Shown here piece after piece: positions 36,761-49,499 of a DNA stretch of 64,000 bases. Below the pieces are notes generated by a model that saw nothing but the letters and a program-made list of their open reading frames with translations, was not told the DNA's origin and ran no database searches. The DNA lies in the NCBI GenBank assembly GCA_002269645.1, contig NIVC01002209.1, positions 128,105 to 192,104 on the forward strand. The letters are read 5' to 3'. The stretch is from Macrostomum lignano. Its lineage: Eukaryota. How positions within the stretch are numbered: position 1 is the first letter of the stretch; each line of letters starts with the position of its first letter. Both the position numbers and the translations under genes were made by a program.

Positions 36761-37542
36761 GGTGCGGCCATAAATCACTCAAAATCGCAACAAAATGATT
36801 TATGACTTTTCGCGTAGGATTGACAGAAATTAATGAAAAAATATACATTAGAAAGCTCTTATTAAATAGAAAGTGAGGATAATGAAGAGAAATTGCTAAT
36901 CGCTAATCCCAAGGTACTTTTAGGGGTAAAACGCATAGCTGTCAAAGCTGTCACACGCTTAAGTGAACACGAACAATAGGCTCTGACCTCATAAATCTTG
37001 ATGGCCTGTCAAAATGATGAGAAAAAAGCTACCGCCCGCATCCTCTCAGACCATCTGGCGCCCGCTTCAACACTGAGTGAGGCGCAGGTGGCTGTCAGAC
37101 CAACTTCGAAAGCGATGATTTATGACCCAAAAAGCTGCGCCTATGTTATTATGACTACTAGTATGACCAGACATTATATCTAGTATAGATTCTATGAAAA
37201 TTCGCAGAAAAAGAATAAAAATGCCCATTGCCCACTGTTAGTAGGCAAGTAAGTTTAGAGCCCATGTGCTAGCGCGGGATTTGGGAAAAAGTGCGTCCTC
37301 ATCAAGTACATGTATATCATGTATACAGCTCTGATCAGTAATTTATACATGTATAGTAGAAGGCGTTCGAGGTAAATGTATACAGTGTATTTATATTTAC
37401 ATACATGTGCATGTACATGTAGATGCAAATCGCAGTTGGAGTAATGATATAATTGCTAAATAAAATTGTATGCTTATTTACCCCATATATCAACAGCCAG
37501 CCATGACCTTAAGCGTCGCTTAATTAAGGCGTCGCTTAAGCT

Positions 37543-40500
37543 ACAACAACAACAACAACAACAAGGTTACGCATGCAGCCCCACATGCAAGGTCACTGCA
37601 GTTAGAGCACGGTGCGTCAGATGGCAGTATAAAGCCGCAGAGCCTGAGAGCAGATGAAGTCCGCCCCGTTAGTAGTGTCAGGCACCCCGGCGTCACACAG
37701 GAGACAGTCTGCGTATCGATGAGTTTGGGCCTGACCCGTTGGAACTGGCCCTACAATTGGTAAGCAACAGAACGTCCTGAGCAAGTTGGGAGCAGTAGCC
37801 CTAAGCTTAGGGCTTAGGGCTTAAGCCCGGATCACTAACTGATGGCCCGCCTGTTAAAGTCGCCAGTTGAAGGATGATGGACGGGCCCTGCAGCTTGGCC
37901 TGACCGTACAGGGCCTCGGTCCCGACGCTCTCGTCAGCTCAAAAAGCCGCACGGAGCTGCCCTGATCAGAGTTCGCCGAGTCCAACTGCCGCTCCAGCGT
38001 AGCCGTCAGCATCCACGTCTCGGCGTTGTATATAGGACGACGGTTTCGACCACCGCCTGGCACAGCCGAGCCCTCTGGCGGTCGGGCAGCGCTTCGGACT
38101 GGAGGACGGCCCGGATCGAACGGAAGGCCGCCCAGGCAAGTTCGCCGCCGCCGGAGATGGCATCGCTGGCAACCGCTGGCATCGTGCGAGCTTGGTCGTC
38201 TGCACGTCAGGTCCGCTGTGATGTCGGTCGGCGCTCGATGCCACCTCGACCAGCCTGTCGATTTGACGCTGGGCGCCTTCAACGGACGAGGACAGGAGGG
38301 CGAGGTCGTCGGCGTAGCCAAAGAATGCTCTCAGGCGCTTTTTGCTGTGGCGGTGACCGATGCATCTGCGCAGCAGGAAGCCGTCGTCAGCCGAGGGGAG
38401 TGCGGTCCGAAGCACCCAGTCCAGCAGCAGCACGAAGAGGAACGGCGCAAGCGTGTCGCCCTGCAGAACTCCTGATGAAGTGTCGAACAGGTCAGACCGG
38501 CCGTCCGCCGTCACCATAGCAGCTCGAGTATCGCAATACAGCGCCATGACAGCGTCGATTAGCTGCAGCGTGACCCCGTAGGCTCGAAGGACGAAGGAAG
38601 AGCGGCTCTCAACACCGAGTCAAACGCCTTTCGAAAGTCAACGAAGACAATGATCAGAGTAGACTGGCGGATGCGCGCCTCCTCGATAACTAGGCGGAGT
38701 GCAAGGATGAGGATCTGTGTCACTGTACCGCGTTGCGGCCGGAATCCGTTCTGCTCGTACCGCAGGTACGGGTCCAGCACCGACTGCAGGCAATCGAGCA
38801 GCAGCTGGTTTAAGAGCTTCACCGAGCAGGACATCAGCGAGATCCCGCGGTGGTCTTCTTTCCGCGTTGTCCCTGCCTTCTTCGAGATCGGCACGATGTG
38901 CATGACGGTCCACTCGGTGGGCGCAGGAGTGCCGGCGAGCACGCGGTTCATGACGCATGTGACCTGGGAGGCCACACAGCGGAGCCGCAGCGCTTCGACC
39001 GGAACTTCGTCGGGGCCGAACGCCTTGCCGCCTGGTGTTTTTTGAGCGAACAGCACAACGCCCTCCGTGGTGACTGGGCTGGTGCAGAAGTCCTCCTTAG
39101 CTGGGAGCGACGTGTCCAGTGGAAGCGCAAAACTTGCGGGCAGCGGCGATGCGGGCGCGTTCACGATGCTGGCGAAGAAAGCCGCGTAATTCATTCCTGC
39201 GCTCCTCCGAGGTGTCGTCGGCCAGGTTCAGCACCACGCGCTTTTCGCGCCCCGTCAGAGTCCGGACAGCCGTCTACACTGCGCGGTTCTTCACGTCGGG
39301 GCCGTCTGCAGTGATGGACCGGACGGCGTCGTCGACAGCGGCCTACTGCCGCTCATCTGGAAGGCGCTCAAACGCATCTTCAGCGTCAGTCGTGGGCCGC
39401 GGGTTTCTGCGGAGTTGCTCGATGTTAAGCCGGGCCTGCCTGATGGTCGGGTCGCTCTGCCAGGCAGGCAGCGATTTCTGCGCTGGACGCATCAGCGGGA
39501 CCGTCTGCTCCGCAGCGGCTCTAACGGAGGTGCTGATGTCGGAATATTCCGCCTCGCGCTGGTCTCCAAGCGCACCGACGAAGCCGCCCGCGAAATGACG
39601 CTTCGCGCAGGTGTCCAACAGAGCGTGATAGTAGCGCCGTAGCCGCTTCTTTGGCGGTCGGTAGAACTGGTCGTGGAGCCGCAAGTCGCAGAGCGGGAGT
39701 TGATGGTCTTACTGGAAAGCCAGCAGAGCCATGGTATCGCAGTTGGTGACGCGTCGGCGCTCTCGAGTGCGAACCAGCGCATCATAGAATTGCGCCAGTC
39801 TCCTCGTGGCGTTCCGCCCGCTTGCGTTCCACCGCCTTCTCTTGCAGCCCGCAAAGGTGACCAGGCGGGCAGGGGGCTTGTGGAACTGGGTATTCGCGGA
39901 CACCAGGTCCAGCTGGTCAAGCAGGTCGTCCAGCGCATCGGTGTTGGCATTCTCGCGTCCCGCAGCAAAGAGCGAGCGCTCGGACCTCAGAGGAACTGCA
40001 TTCAGGTCTCTGAGTTCCTCAAGGGTGTCGCGGTTTGGCACCTCTTCCAGCTTCCCTGCCAGGAAGTTGAAGAAGGCACGAGCCTCCTCGGAGTGAGCAG
40101 CAGTGGGTGCATAGGCCCAGAACAGCCGGATGCAGCGGGCACGCAGGCGCAGGTCGACCCGCATCAGTCGCAGGGACAGCGAAGCGCAGTGCACGCTCCG
40201 CCGAAGGCGCGTTCCGATTAGCACGCCGACACCGCCCTGGCCGCGTTCGTCTACAGGAGGCTTCAGCCGGCTCCGAGGTCCTCAGAGTGGAGCCCCGGCT
40301 CAGCCACGATAGAAACCTCCAGCAGCATGATGAGGTCCAGCTGTACATGCAGGTTGTGAGCCAGCTGGACGAGAATGATGCGACGCCAGGGGCCTCAAAT
40401 TTCGGCAGTTCATCGTGCCGAGTCTGAGGCGGCCACCTGTTACAGCTGCGGCCAGAGGGAGATTGGCCTCGTGGTCCACCCGGCGGATCCATAGATGAAA

Positions 40501-40700
40501 TAGCAGGGACGAGGGCAACAGGCGCCTGGCCGCGCCACAGAGTTGCCCTCGCCAGTCTCGCTTGCGCGGCGGACTCTGTGTGTCCCTGCTGTGCTGAGCT
40601 TTGCTGCCGCAGCCGAGGCGCGCGGCCGTCCGAGCCAACCGAGCTCATGCGCGCGGTCCGGTGATCTGGCCGCGATGCCCAGGAGCTGTTGGCACTATTT
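37543..40700 (-). mobile_element. RTE-clade non-LTR retrotransposon (APE endonuclease + RT), near full length, multiply frameshifted
   Basis: APE motifs LRLGTMNCR, WAYAPT, DLNA, ENAN...LVSANTQF. RT motifs KAFGPDEVP, HRGISLMS, QNGFRPQRG, FVDFRKAFDSV, GVLQGDTLAPFLF, YADDLALL, LLYNAETW. (TTG)n tail at 37543-37564. Confidence 0.93.
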
Positions 40701-40959
40701 GCATAGGTGTACAAATATACAATAAAATTAACAGGTAAACTCTATGCAATTTATCTTATCAGCAGAATCACACTTTGTTATATCATAATTACGATCTAGA
40801 ATTTTACATCCATATATATTGTTCTATAGTGAAGAAATTTCATGAGATTAGCATACCAGCAGAGAGCGACTCGGTACAGTGTACATGTCAAGGACGGCTT
40901 AAAGTAACTTTTATGCAATTAGTGATCAGTGAGCAACAGCTTATTAGTCACCAGAGAAG

Positions 40960-43900
40960 CTACGCCACTAGAACAGCATGCTCAATGTCATCTAGCACCA
41001 ATTGATCATTTTTATTAGCAAAAGTCTCTGCGTCAGCGGTGGTTGCTGATTGCCGCGGCTCAGGAGCGACTTTTCTTGGCCGGCCGAATTGAAACGTCAT
41101 CCTCGCTCCACCGCTGGCTCCGGTCTTTGGCATGCGGAGTTTTATTGCCAAAGCCACGGCGGCCAATGTCACAATTAGGCCGATGGTTGCAGCCGAGATA
41201 ACAAACGTTGATAACAGATCAAGAAACCATCTGTCACTCACGGATGGTTGAGTTGTACTTTTCCACAGTGGTGGTCTTGTAACTGTAAAGGTCTCTGCTG
41301 TTCCTGTCTCTGCCGTTGCTGTCTCTGCCGTTGCTGTCTCTGCCGTTGCTGTCTCTGCCGTTGCTGTCTCTGCTGTCGCTGTCTCTGCTGTTCCTGTCTC
41401 TGCTGTTCCTGTCCCTGTTGTTCCTGTCTCTGCTGTCGCTGTCTCTGCTGTTCCTGTCTCTGCTGTTCCTGTCCCTGTTGTTCCTGTCTCTGCTGTCGCT
41501 GTCTCTGCTGTTCCTGTCTCTGCAGTTCCTGTCTCTGCCGTTGCTGTCTCTGCTGTCGCTGTCTCTGCCGTTGCTGTCTCTGCTGTTCCTGTCCCTGTTG
41601 TTCCTGTCTCTGCTGTCGCTGTCTCTGCTGTTCCTGTCTCTGCAGTTCCTGTCTCTGCCGTTGCTGTCTCTGCTGTCGCTGTCTCTGCCGTTGCTGTCTC
41701 TGCTGTTGCTGCTTCTAGAGTTCCTGTTGTTGGTTCCATTGTGGTCGGTTCCATTGTAGTTGGTTCTATTGTAATCGGTTCCAGTGTGGTCGGTTCCATT
41801 GTGGTCGTTTCCATTGTGATCGTTTCCATTGTGGTCGGTTCCATTGTGGTCGGTTCCATTGTGGTCGGTTCCATTGTGGTCGGTTCCATTGTGGTCGGTT
41901 CCATTGTCGTTGGCTCCAGTGTGGTCGGTTCTATTGTCGTTGGTTCAAGTGTGGTCGGTTCCAGTGTGGTCAGTTCCAGTGTGGTCGGTTCCGGCGTGGT
42001 CGGTTCCATTGTGATCGGTTCCAGTGTGGTCGTTTCCTTTGTGGTCGGTTCCAGTGTGGTCGTTTCCATTGTGGTCGTTTCCTTTGTGGTCGGTTCCAGT
42101 GTGGTCGGTTCCATTGTGGTCGGTTCCAGTGTGGTCGTTTCCAGTGTGGTCGTTTCCTTTGTGGTCGGTTCCAGTGTGGTCGTTTCCTTTGTGGTCGGTT
42201 CCATTGTGGTCGGTTCCATTGTGGTCGGTTCCAGTGTGGCCGGTTCCAGTGTGGTCGGTTCCAGTGTGGTTGGTTCCAGTGTGGTCGGTTCCATTGTCGT
42301 TGGCTCCAGTGTGGTCGGTTCCATTGTCGTTTGCTCCAGTGTGGTCGGTTCCATTGTCGTTGGTTCAAGTGTGGTCGGTTCCAGTGTGGTCGGTTCCAGT
42401 GTGGTTGGTTCCAGTGTGGTCGGTTCCATTGTCGTCGGCTCCAGTGTGGTCGGTTCCATTGTCGTTGGCTCCAGTGTGGTCGGTTCCATTGTCGTTGGTT
42501 CCATTGTGGTTGGTTCCATTGTGGTTGGATCCAGTGTGGTCGGTTCCAGTGTGGTCGGTTCCAGTGTGGTCGGTTCCAGTGTGGTCGGTTCCAGTGTGGT
42601 CGGGTCCGATGTCGCCTCTTCCGTAGTGGTTATCGGATCGCTCAGCTTGCAAATGAACCAAATAGTTTCATTTCCGCCGTTGTTTCTATACCGGAAGCGT
42701 TGATTTTCCAGTTCGGTTATTGCCGATTGGAAGGATCTTGCATCTGGTGGCTTTGGATGCCCCACGTACCAGTCAGATGCTGTCCTACAGTGTGCAAGAA
42801 AGAAAAGCGCCAATAGTTAGATGGATATATTGTAACTTTTACAGGTACAGGTAACTTATAAGAGCCATTAACAACTGAAGCAATGTACATGTACGGTAGA
42901 AGAACGCTGCGGTATCAATTTCATTTTTTCTTTAAGGTATATTTGAATAACATTAGAATCTGAAATCGACAGCCTCTCACCTTGATCTAGTTAAATTTAT
43001 TTCAATTTAGGCTAGTACAAGTAATAAGATTTGTGTTGTGCTATATAAAAAATGTTATTTAACATAGTTGCAATATATGTCCATCATAAGTACCGTCTCA
43101 AGTGAAGGTGCATTATATTTTTATATTACGCAATATTTTGCTTCTTCTGCCGTAAGTAACGTGTAATGAAAATCATAGGTATAAGTATTGTTTTGACATC
43201 ATCAATCGTACATTTTTTTCATAATTGCTCTATTTTCAATACAGAAATTTCGAAACATGCTTGTAGCGTCATTTGTTAACTCATAATTAATTTTGAAGCG
43301 AAAAACCTCGCGTGTAAAAACCACACCAGAGTTAAGTGCAGCATTCTTCTACGTACAAAGTACAGACAGCTACTTTTGTTATTAAAAACCATAAAAAGTT
43401 ACAAAAACGATTCATATTGCCTCACAGAATGTCATCTTTTACTGGCGGGCCATTGCCTCTCCGCCAGTAGAAGTCGTATGGCGCCTGTTGCTCCCTGTAA
43501 AGGGCCACCCAGGCTGCATCCATCAGTCCGCAGTTTTTGCAACTGCCCCGTTGAGCTCTCAGATCCCAGGATTGACTGCCGACCCAGGCCTAAATTGGAG
43601 CGTACAGGTATAACAATTAGTTTCACAATCCAAAAGAAATATTCACAAGCCCGAAAATTTGCACAAACACCTAAAAACATCTTACCAAGTTTGGAAACTC
43701 CGTCAGTAGCTAATCATTGGAAACTCCCTGACAGTTCAGTAGCTAATCATTGGAAACTCCCTGACATTTCAGTAGCTAATCATTGGAAACTCCCTGACAT
43801 TTCAGTAGCTAATCATTGGAAACTCCCTGATATTTCAGTAGCTAATCATTGAAAACTCCCTGAGATTTCAGTAGCTAATCTTTGGAAACTCCCTGACATT

Positions 43901-44375
43901 TCAGTAGCTAATCATTGGAAACTCCCTGAGATTTCAGTAGCTAATCATTGGAAACTCCCTGACATTTCAGTAGCTAATCATTGGAAACTCCCTGACATTT
44001 CAGTAGCTAATCATTGTAAAATCTCTGATGTTTCAGTATTTTGTTAATGTAAACTCCAGAATATTTCCGTAGCGTTTTTGAACACTGAAAAAGTCTAACA
44101 GTTTCCTTTCTAACAGATGGCTGAAACATAAATAATCTCACCTTTTCATCCAGCGAGTCCAACCACAGCAATCCGCAATTGTCTTCCAGTTCCTGACAGA
44201 AAGTCGTGGCAGCTGAGTGGGACTGACCAAACTCGCCATTAACCAGCAGGTAACAGTTCTGATTGTAGCTTAGCCAGTTGGTATCGGGACAACTGACAGA
44301 TTCCACGCAATTTGGAGAGCTGCTCAAAGTCTGTAGGATTAATAAAATTAAAACTGTTCTCTTTGAATTTTTCAT
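40960..44375 (-). CDS. Type I membrane protein: signal peptide, C-type lectin-like domain, Thr/Glu-rich mucin stalk, TM helix and short tail; 3 exons, about 740 aa
   Basis: Exons 44375-44142, 43589-43426, 42784-40960 (2223 nt, phases 0/2). CTLD hallmarks SCPDTNW...NCY, FC, WVALY, W...W.V.HP and WFICK. About 58 PTT(L/M)E repeats and about 27 ET(A/G)TA repeats. TM LLSTFVISAATIGLIVTLAAVALAI. Confidence 0.88.
43691..44037. repeat. 33-bp minisatellite (ttggaaactccctgacatttcagtagctaatca), about 10 copies, in lectin intron 1
   Basis: Tandem units seen directly. Confidence 0.95.
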
Positions 44376-44699
44376 ATTCACTGACGAGTTCTAACTCGGA
44401 GGCTAACGGGTTTTATCGCTTTCTCACCTCTCTCTGTACGTAGCCATGCAGCACTAAACGCCAGTAATTAAATGCAGCAGAGTTTTGCTTTTCTCCGTTG
44501 ATTAGATAACAAAAATTATTTTAGTGCATTTGAGCCACAGAAGAATAACTGCATTTCACTTTTTTATCACCTGAACTTTATTCGTTGGCTTCTGTTGAAA
44601 TAAGCCTAGCAGATTTGGTAACCAAACGAGACATGTTTGTTTGCTTACAGAACACTCTGAACAATCTTGTGACAGCTATAAATAATACAGATTTGTTAA

Positions 44700-45090
44700 A
44701 ATGGCGAACCGACCGAGGGACAGGGGGACATGTCCCACCCAGTAAAAGCTATGGAAATCAATATTTTTTGTTCAGGACGCCAAAATATTGCGCTTTCGGC
44801 GCTAAAATGAGTGTCTGTCTGCGGCGCCAAAATGAGTGCCTGTTGCGCTAAAATGAGTGCCCGCGGCGCTAAAATGAGTGCCTGCGGCGCCAAAATGAGT
44901 GCCTGCGGCGCTAAAATGAGTGCCTGCGGCGCTAAAATGAGTGCCCGCGGCGCTAAAATGAGGGTCTGTGGCGCCAAAATGAGTGTCTGCGGCGCCAAAA
45001 TGAGTGTCTAAGGCGCCAAAATGAGTGCCTGCGGCGCCAAAATGAGTGTCTGCGGCGCCAAAATGAGTGTCTGAGGCGCTAAAATGAGTA
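44700..45090 (+). mobile_element. Probable truncated MITE end with about 13 copies of a 21-bp subterminal repeat (ggcgccaaaatgagtgcctgc)
   Basis: The 21-bp array at 44797-45089 is certain. It is preceded by gggacagggggacatgtccc, a motif typical of hAT-like MITE termini. The second TIR was not found. Confidence 0.5.
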
Positions 45091-47021
45091 CTGACAACAC
45101 TGATTCCTAAAATAATGTAGGATGTTAATTTAGTCATGTAGAATTCTTGGCTTAGACAGAAAAGGCATGTTTATATCAGACCTTTAGCGCTTAGCTGACA
45201 CGTAATGTCATTTTGAATTGCTAAATATAGTCAATATCAAATAACAAAGCTAAGCTACCTATTTATCATTGTAATCCTTGGCTTAGGAAACATAGTAACG
45301 CAATAGTATAGCCTTTCATTTTCGTGATAGCCACTGAAAAAAGTCAGCAACATTCCCCAAAGCCTCTATATATGAGCTATATTCAATTTAGATGTGAGCG
45401 CCCTCTTAGCGGCAGATGAATGGGTGCGTACTCGTAAATGAGACATGAAAGTGACTGCATGCGGTCTTCAACGGCCGTTTTCAGTTTTCATAATCCTTTT
45501 TGAAGAGGCCAACAATGGGACCAAACAGCTGACCTTTAACCTACTCTCTGACCTTTCCAATGGATTAAACAGCGGTATTCAGATAGTAAAGATAGTGGTA
45601 ATCCAATCAAAGCTAATAACAAACACTTGAAGTTTCTACTAACTATACTTTCTGTGCTTATACATGACAATCCTGCTGTGCAATTCCAATGCAAGTAGTT
45701 TACACCGTGATCACAGTTTCAAGTCACATGACTTCCAGTAGCAAATTCGTTATAGAATGATAGCTTTTTATGAGATTGTTTGCCACACTGAGGGATAAAG
45801 CACGCAACTACTTTGATTTAAGCGACGCTAACCTTTGACGGGGAGGACATCTTCGCGGCCGCCTGTCTCCAAAGGCAAAGAACAGAAAAGTCGCAAGACC
45901 TGTGAAACAAAAAAAGTGAAAAAAAGCAGGCTGTACAAAGAGATCAAGCGAATGCTTGGAAGAAGCCCCGGCTCTTTTGTCTAATTTCATTTGGTTCCAC
46001 GTATAAAGAGGCGCAAAATCGGCTGTGAGCAAAGTTCTCACTGCAGTTAGCTGATGTGCATGAAAGTATGCAAAAACGCACAGTTGCATACATTGTATGC
46101 ACTAAAGCACTGAGTACGCTTTGTGTAAAACTATAGGCTGTCGAAAGTATTAAGCCAATAAGTACTTTGGTATAAAGGTTTCTTTCTTTGGGAAAAACTT
46201 CGTGACAGCAGTTTTGCTTTTAACCTACTATTAGTAGCTATAGCCTGGGGAAATGTTAGAGTTAGGTTAGGTAGAAGATTATGGAGGTAGTCATATTGGG
46301 TGGTCAGTTTGGATATTTCACTACTGGTGAAAGTCTTTCATGACTGTTGTTACTGTATGACAATATGACAGACAGTGAATCATGCTGTTTATGACTAAAC
46401 TATGACAATATGACAGACAGTGAATCATACTGTTTGTGACTGATATACTGATATACTGTTTATGACGTTTTATGACTGATGATATGGTCATATGACAATG
46501 CTATTATCATAAGTCTACCTGAGCAAGAGCGGATTTTTGCTAATCAAGCTTAAGGTGTGAAGATGAGCACGGGAACTCATGCAGTGCTTTCAGTCGCCCG
46601 AAATGCTACCCCCCCCCCCAGGTTACCTTCTGCTCCGCTGGTCAATCGCGCGGCCAGGGGGAGCCAGACAGAATTCGAATCCCATTCTCAAACGCTCGGG
46701 CATCGGTATGAATGCGAACTGCACGAGTGAGGAAGAAAATAGACTGCAATATCTAGGGCTGCCCATATCTCCTTGTGCATCACGAGTAACTGCGCCATAT
46801 ACAGCACGTAGTGGGACTAAACTGCTAATCCTCTACGAACTAGCAAGCGAAGGGTTTTACGATGTGGGATTACTGGGATAATCGGCTTAGGCCGCAATGA
46901 ACGAGCCATTGAAAGGCGGCGCGGTTAGGAGAGATGCCTGAGTGACTGGGGATAGGACTTCACTTATGTCTGTGCCAGGGAGAGGACTAACTTGCTCAAG
47001 CATTGATCATGCAATTATACT

Positions 47022-47453
<432 letters not shown>

Positions 47454-48045
47454 TGTAGTAGGGCATTATTTTTAGGAACGGGAATTAATGCAGGTTTAAA
47501 TATGCTTTTACCCTACTATCAGTAGTTTCAACCCGGGAAAATAATTAGAGCGGGGGTAAGTGGATAAAATTGGGGTTCCTTTAGAACTACAGAGCAGTTG
47601 GGCTCTTGGGAAAGAAAAGCTGTTTGTTGGAGTGTCTTCTCCTGTCCTCAACCTTGAATTCACAAAGGAAAAGTGGTAAGAAGGGGAAATAAAAGAAATA
47701 TAACTTAGGCTTGCACAGAGGAGTCTTGCCTCTAAATCTATAACTGGGAGTCTTGCCCAAAGCACTATAGCGGGAATAGGGAAATAGGGAGTTAATGTAA
47801 AGCAAAACTAACTTTTGTACCGTAATTTACTTTTATTAAATATTTTTTTGTGTTAACTAAGTCTAAATTGGTGTCCTGACTCAGTTCTTTAAATCTAAAA
47901 CTAGAATTAGGGAACAGCAGGAACCTGGTGGCAGCGATTCTACCAAATCTCAAATCAGTACAGCAGATAATAATCCACTAGTAAAATCCTTAGTAGCAAA
48001 TAGAAAACCAGTAGCCTAAACCGCGAGGTACCACGACTTGTCCAA

Positions 48046-48354
<309 letters not shown>

Positions 48355-49261
48355 CACTAGGACACCAATACAGACAGACAGACAGGCAGTCAGGCAGCCC
48401 ATGGACAATCAAAAAGCGGTCAGTACACCCAACCCAGAATCAACCGCAATCAGTCAGCAGTCTATTTATTGCTTTCCTTTGTCCCTTCGCTCCCGTTGAT
48501 GCCCCAAATAGCGCCTGTCAGTCCTTTGTGTCGCTCCGCTTCATTAACCTCTTTTTCTGCTTGCCCCCAGCCAATGACACAGCCAGACGGGGCTCCATTG
48601 GCCAGCGGCAGGTAGGTGAGACAGAGTGAGACAGAGCCAGGTGTTCTGCACTGCAAGCCGCGCTTCTTAAATCAATCGATGATCAGCTCTGGACATCTCG
48701 AACTAATAAGAGCTCCAGAATCCTTTCCCCATCTAAGAAAAGGGATCTTTTTGGCTTCTCCTCGGCAGCGGTTGTATAAAGCAATTCCATTTAGTTATTT
48801 CTTCAACAGCAACACTCAAGTCAGCTCCCTTGCAGTGTCAGCAGGAGACAGCAGCCCTGAGTCTCGGCTTAGACTCTTCTCAACTCTTCGAGTCTGAGCC
48901 CATTACCGAGTTTGAGCTGATAACCCAGCAGGACTTCGATAGGAGGAAAAACAATTAACAGTGGCTGACCCCAAGCGAGGAAGCTTTAATAGGATAATCT
49001 CTAAGAGAGCGCTCGATCGAATCCCTAGAACCCAGATCGAAGTGGAGAAGCCAGTATAAGATAAAATAAGCAGAATTTCCGGCTTTATCGACGCGTCTTG
49101 AGTCGGTCAGTCTTGGCAGAAGAGCAGAGTGAGCCACCCAGCCACGCACCGGCATGAGCTGCAGATTTCGGCTGTGCTACTTGCTGGGGATTCTGGTGAG
49201 TTGGAACTCCTCGTTAATCTGCTGCTTACAGGCCTTGGTCTCTAATAGCCGGGATAATGAG

Positions 49262-49415
49262 ATTAAAGTGGATATTGGGATAATGGGATTAAAGGGGATA
49301 TTGGGACAATGGGATATTGGGATAATGGGATATTTGGATATTGGGATAATGGGATATTTTCAGAATGGGATTTTTCAGAATGGGATTTTTTGAAAAAAGG
49401 GATAATGGGATATTG
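49262..49415. repeat. Degenerate 9/18-bp repeat (gatattgggataatgg)
   Basis: Short imperfect tandem units. Confidence 0.75.
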
Positions 49416-49499
49416 TGAGCCTGGGCTAAGAGAAAAAAGTTTAACAAATACTTTAATCCCTGTCCTCAGTCTGCAGCAAAGGACAAAATTAGACAAGAA

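Noticed and set aside
37808-37822. Interstitial telomeric TTAGGG repeats
   Set aside because: Only two 7-bp-spaced units, better explained by the palindromic insertion.
41248-42816. Cys-rich, GSIVV, WSVP and other long plus-strand ORFs
   Set aside because: Antisense or alternative-frame shadows of the 15-bp coding repeats of the lectin-mucin gene.
44381-44400. CTGACGA followed by a hairpin (hammerhead-like start)
   Set aside because: No GAAA or stem III follows; it is the 5' UTR of the lectin gene.
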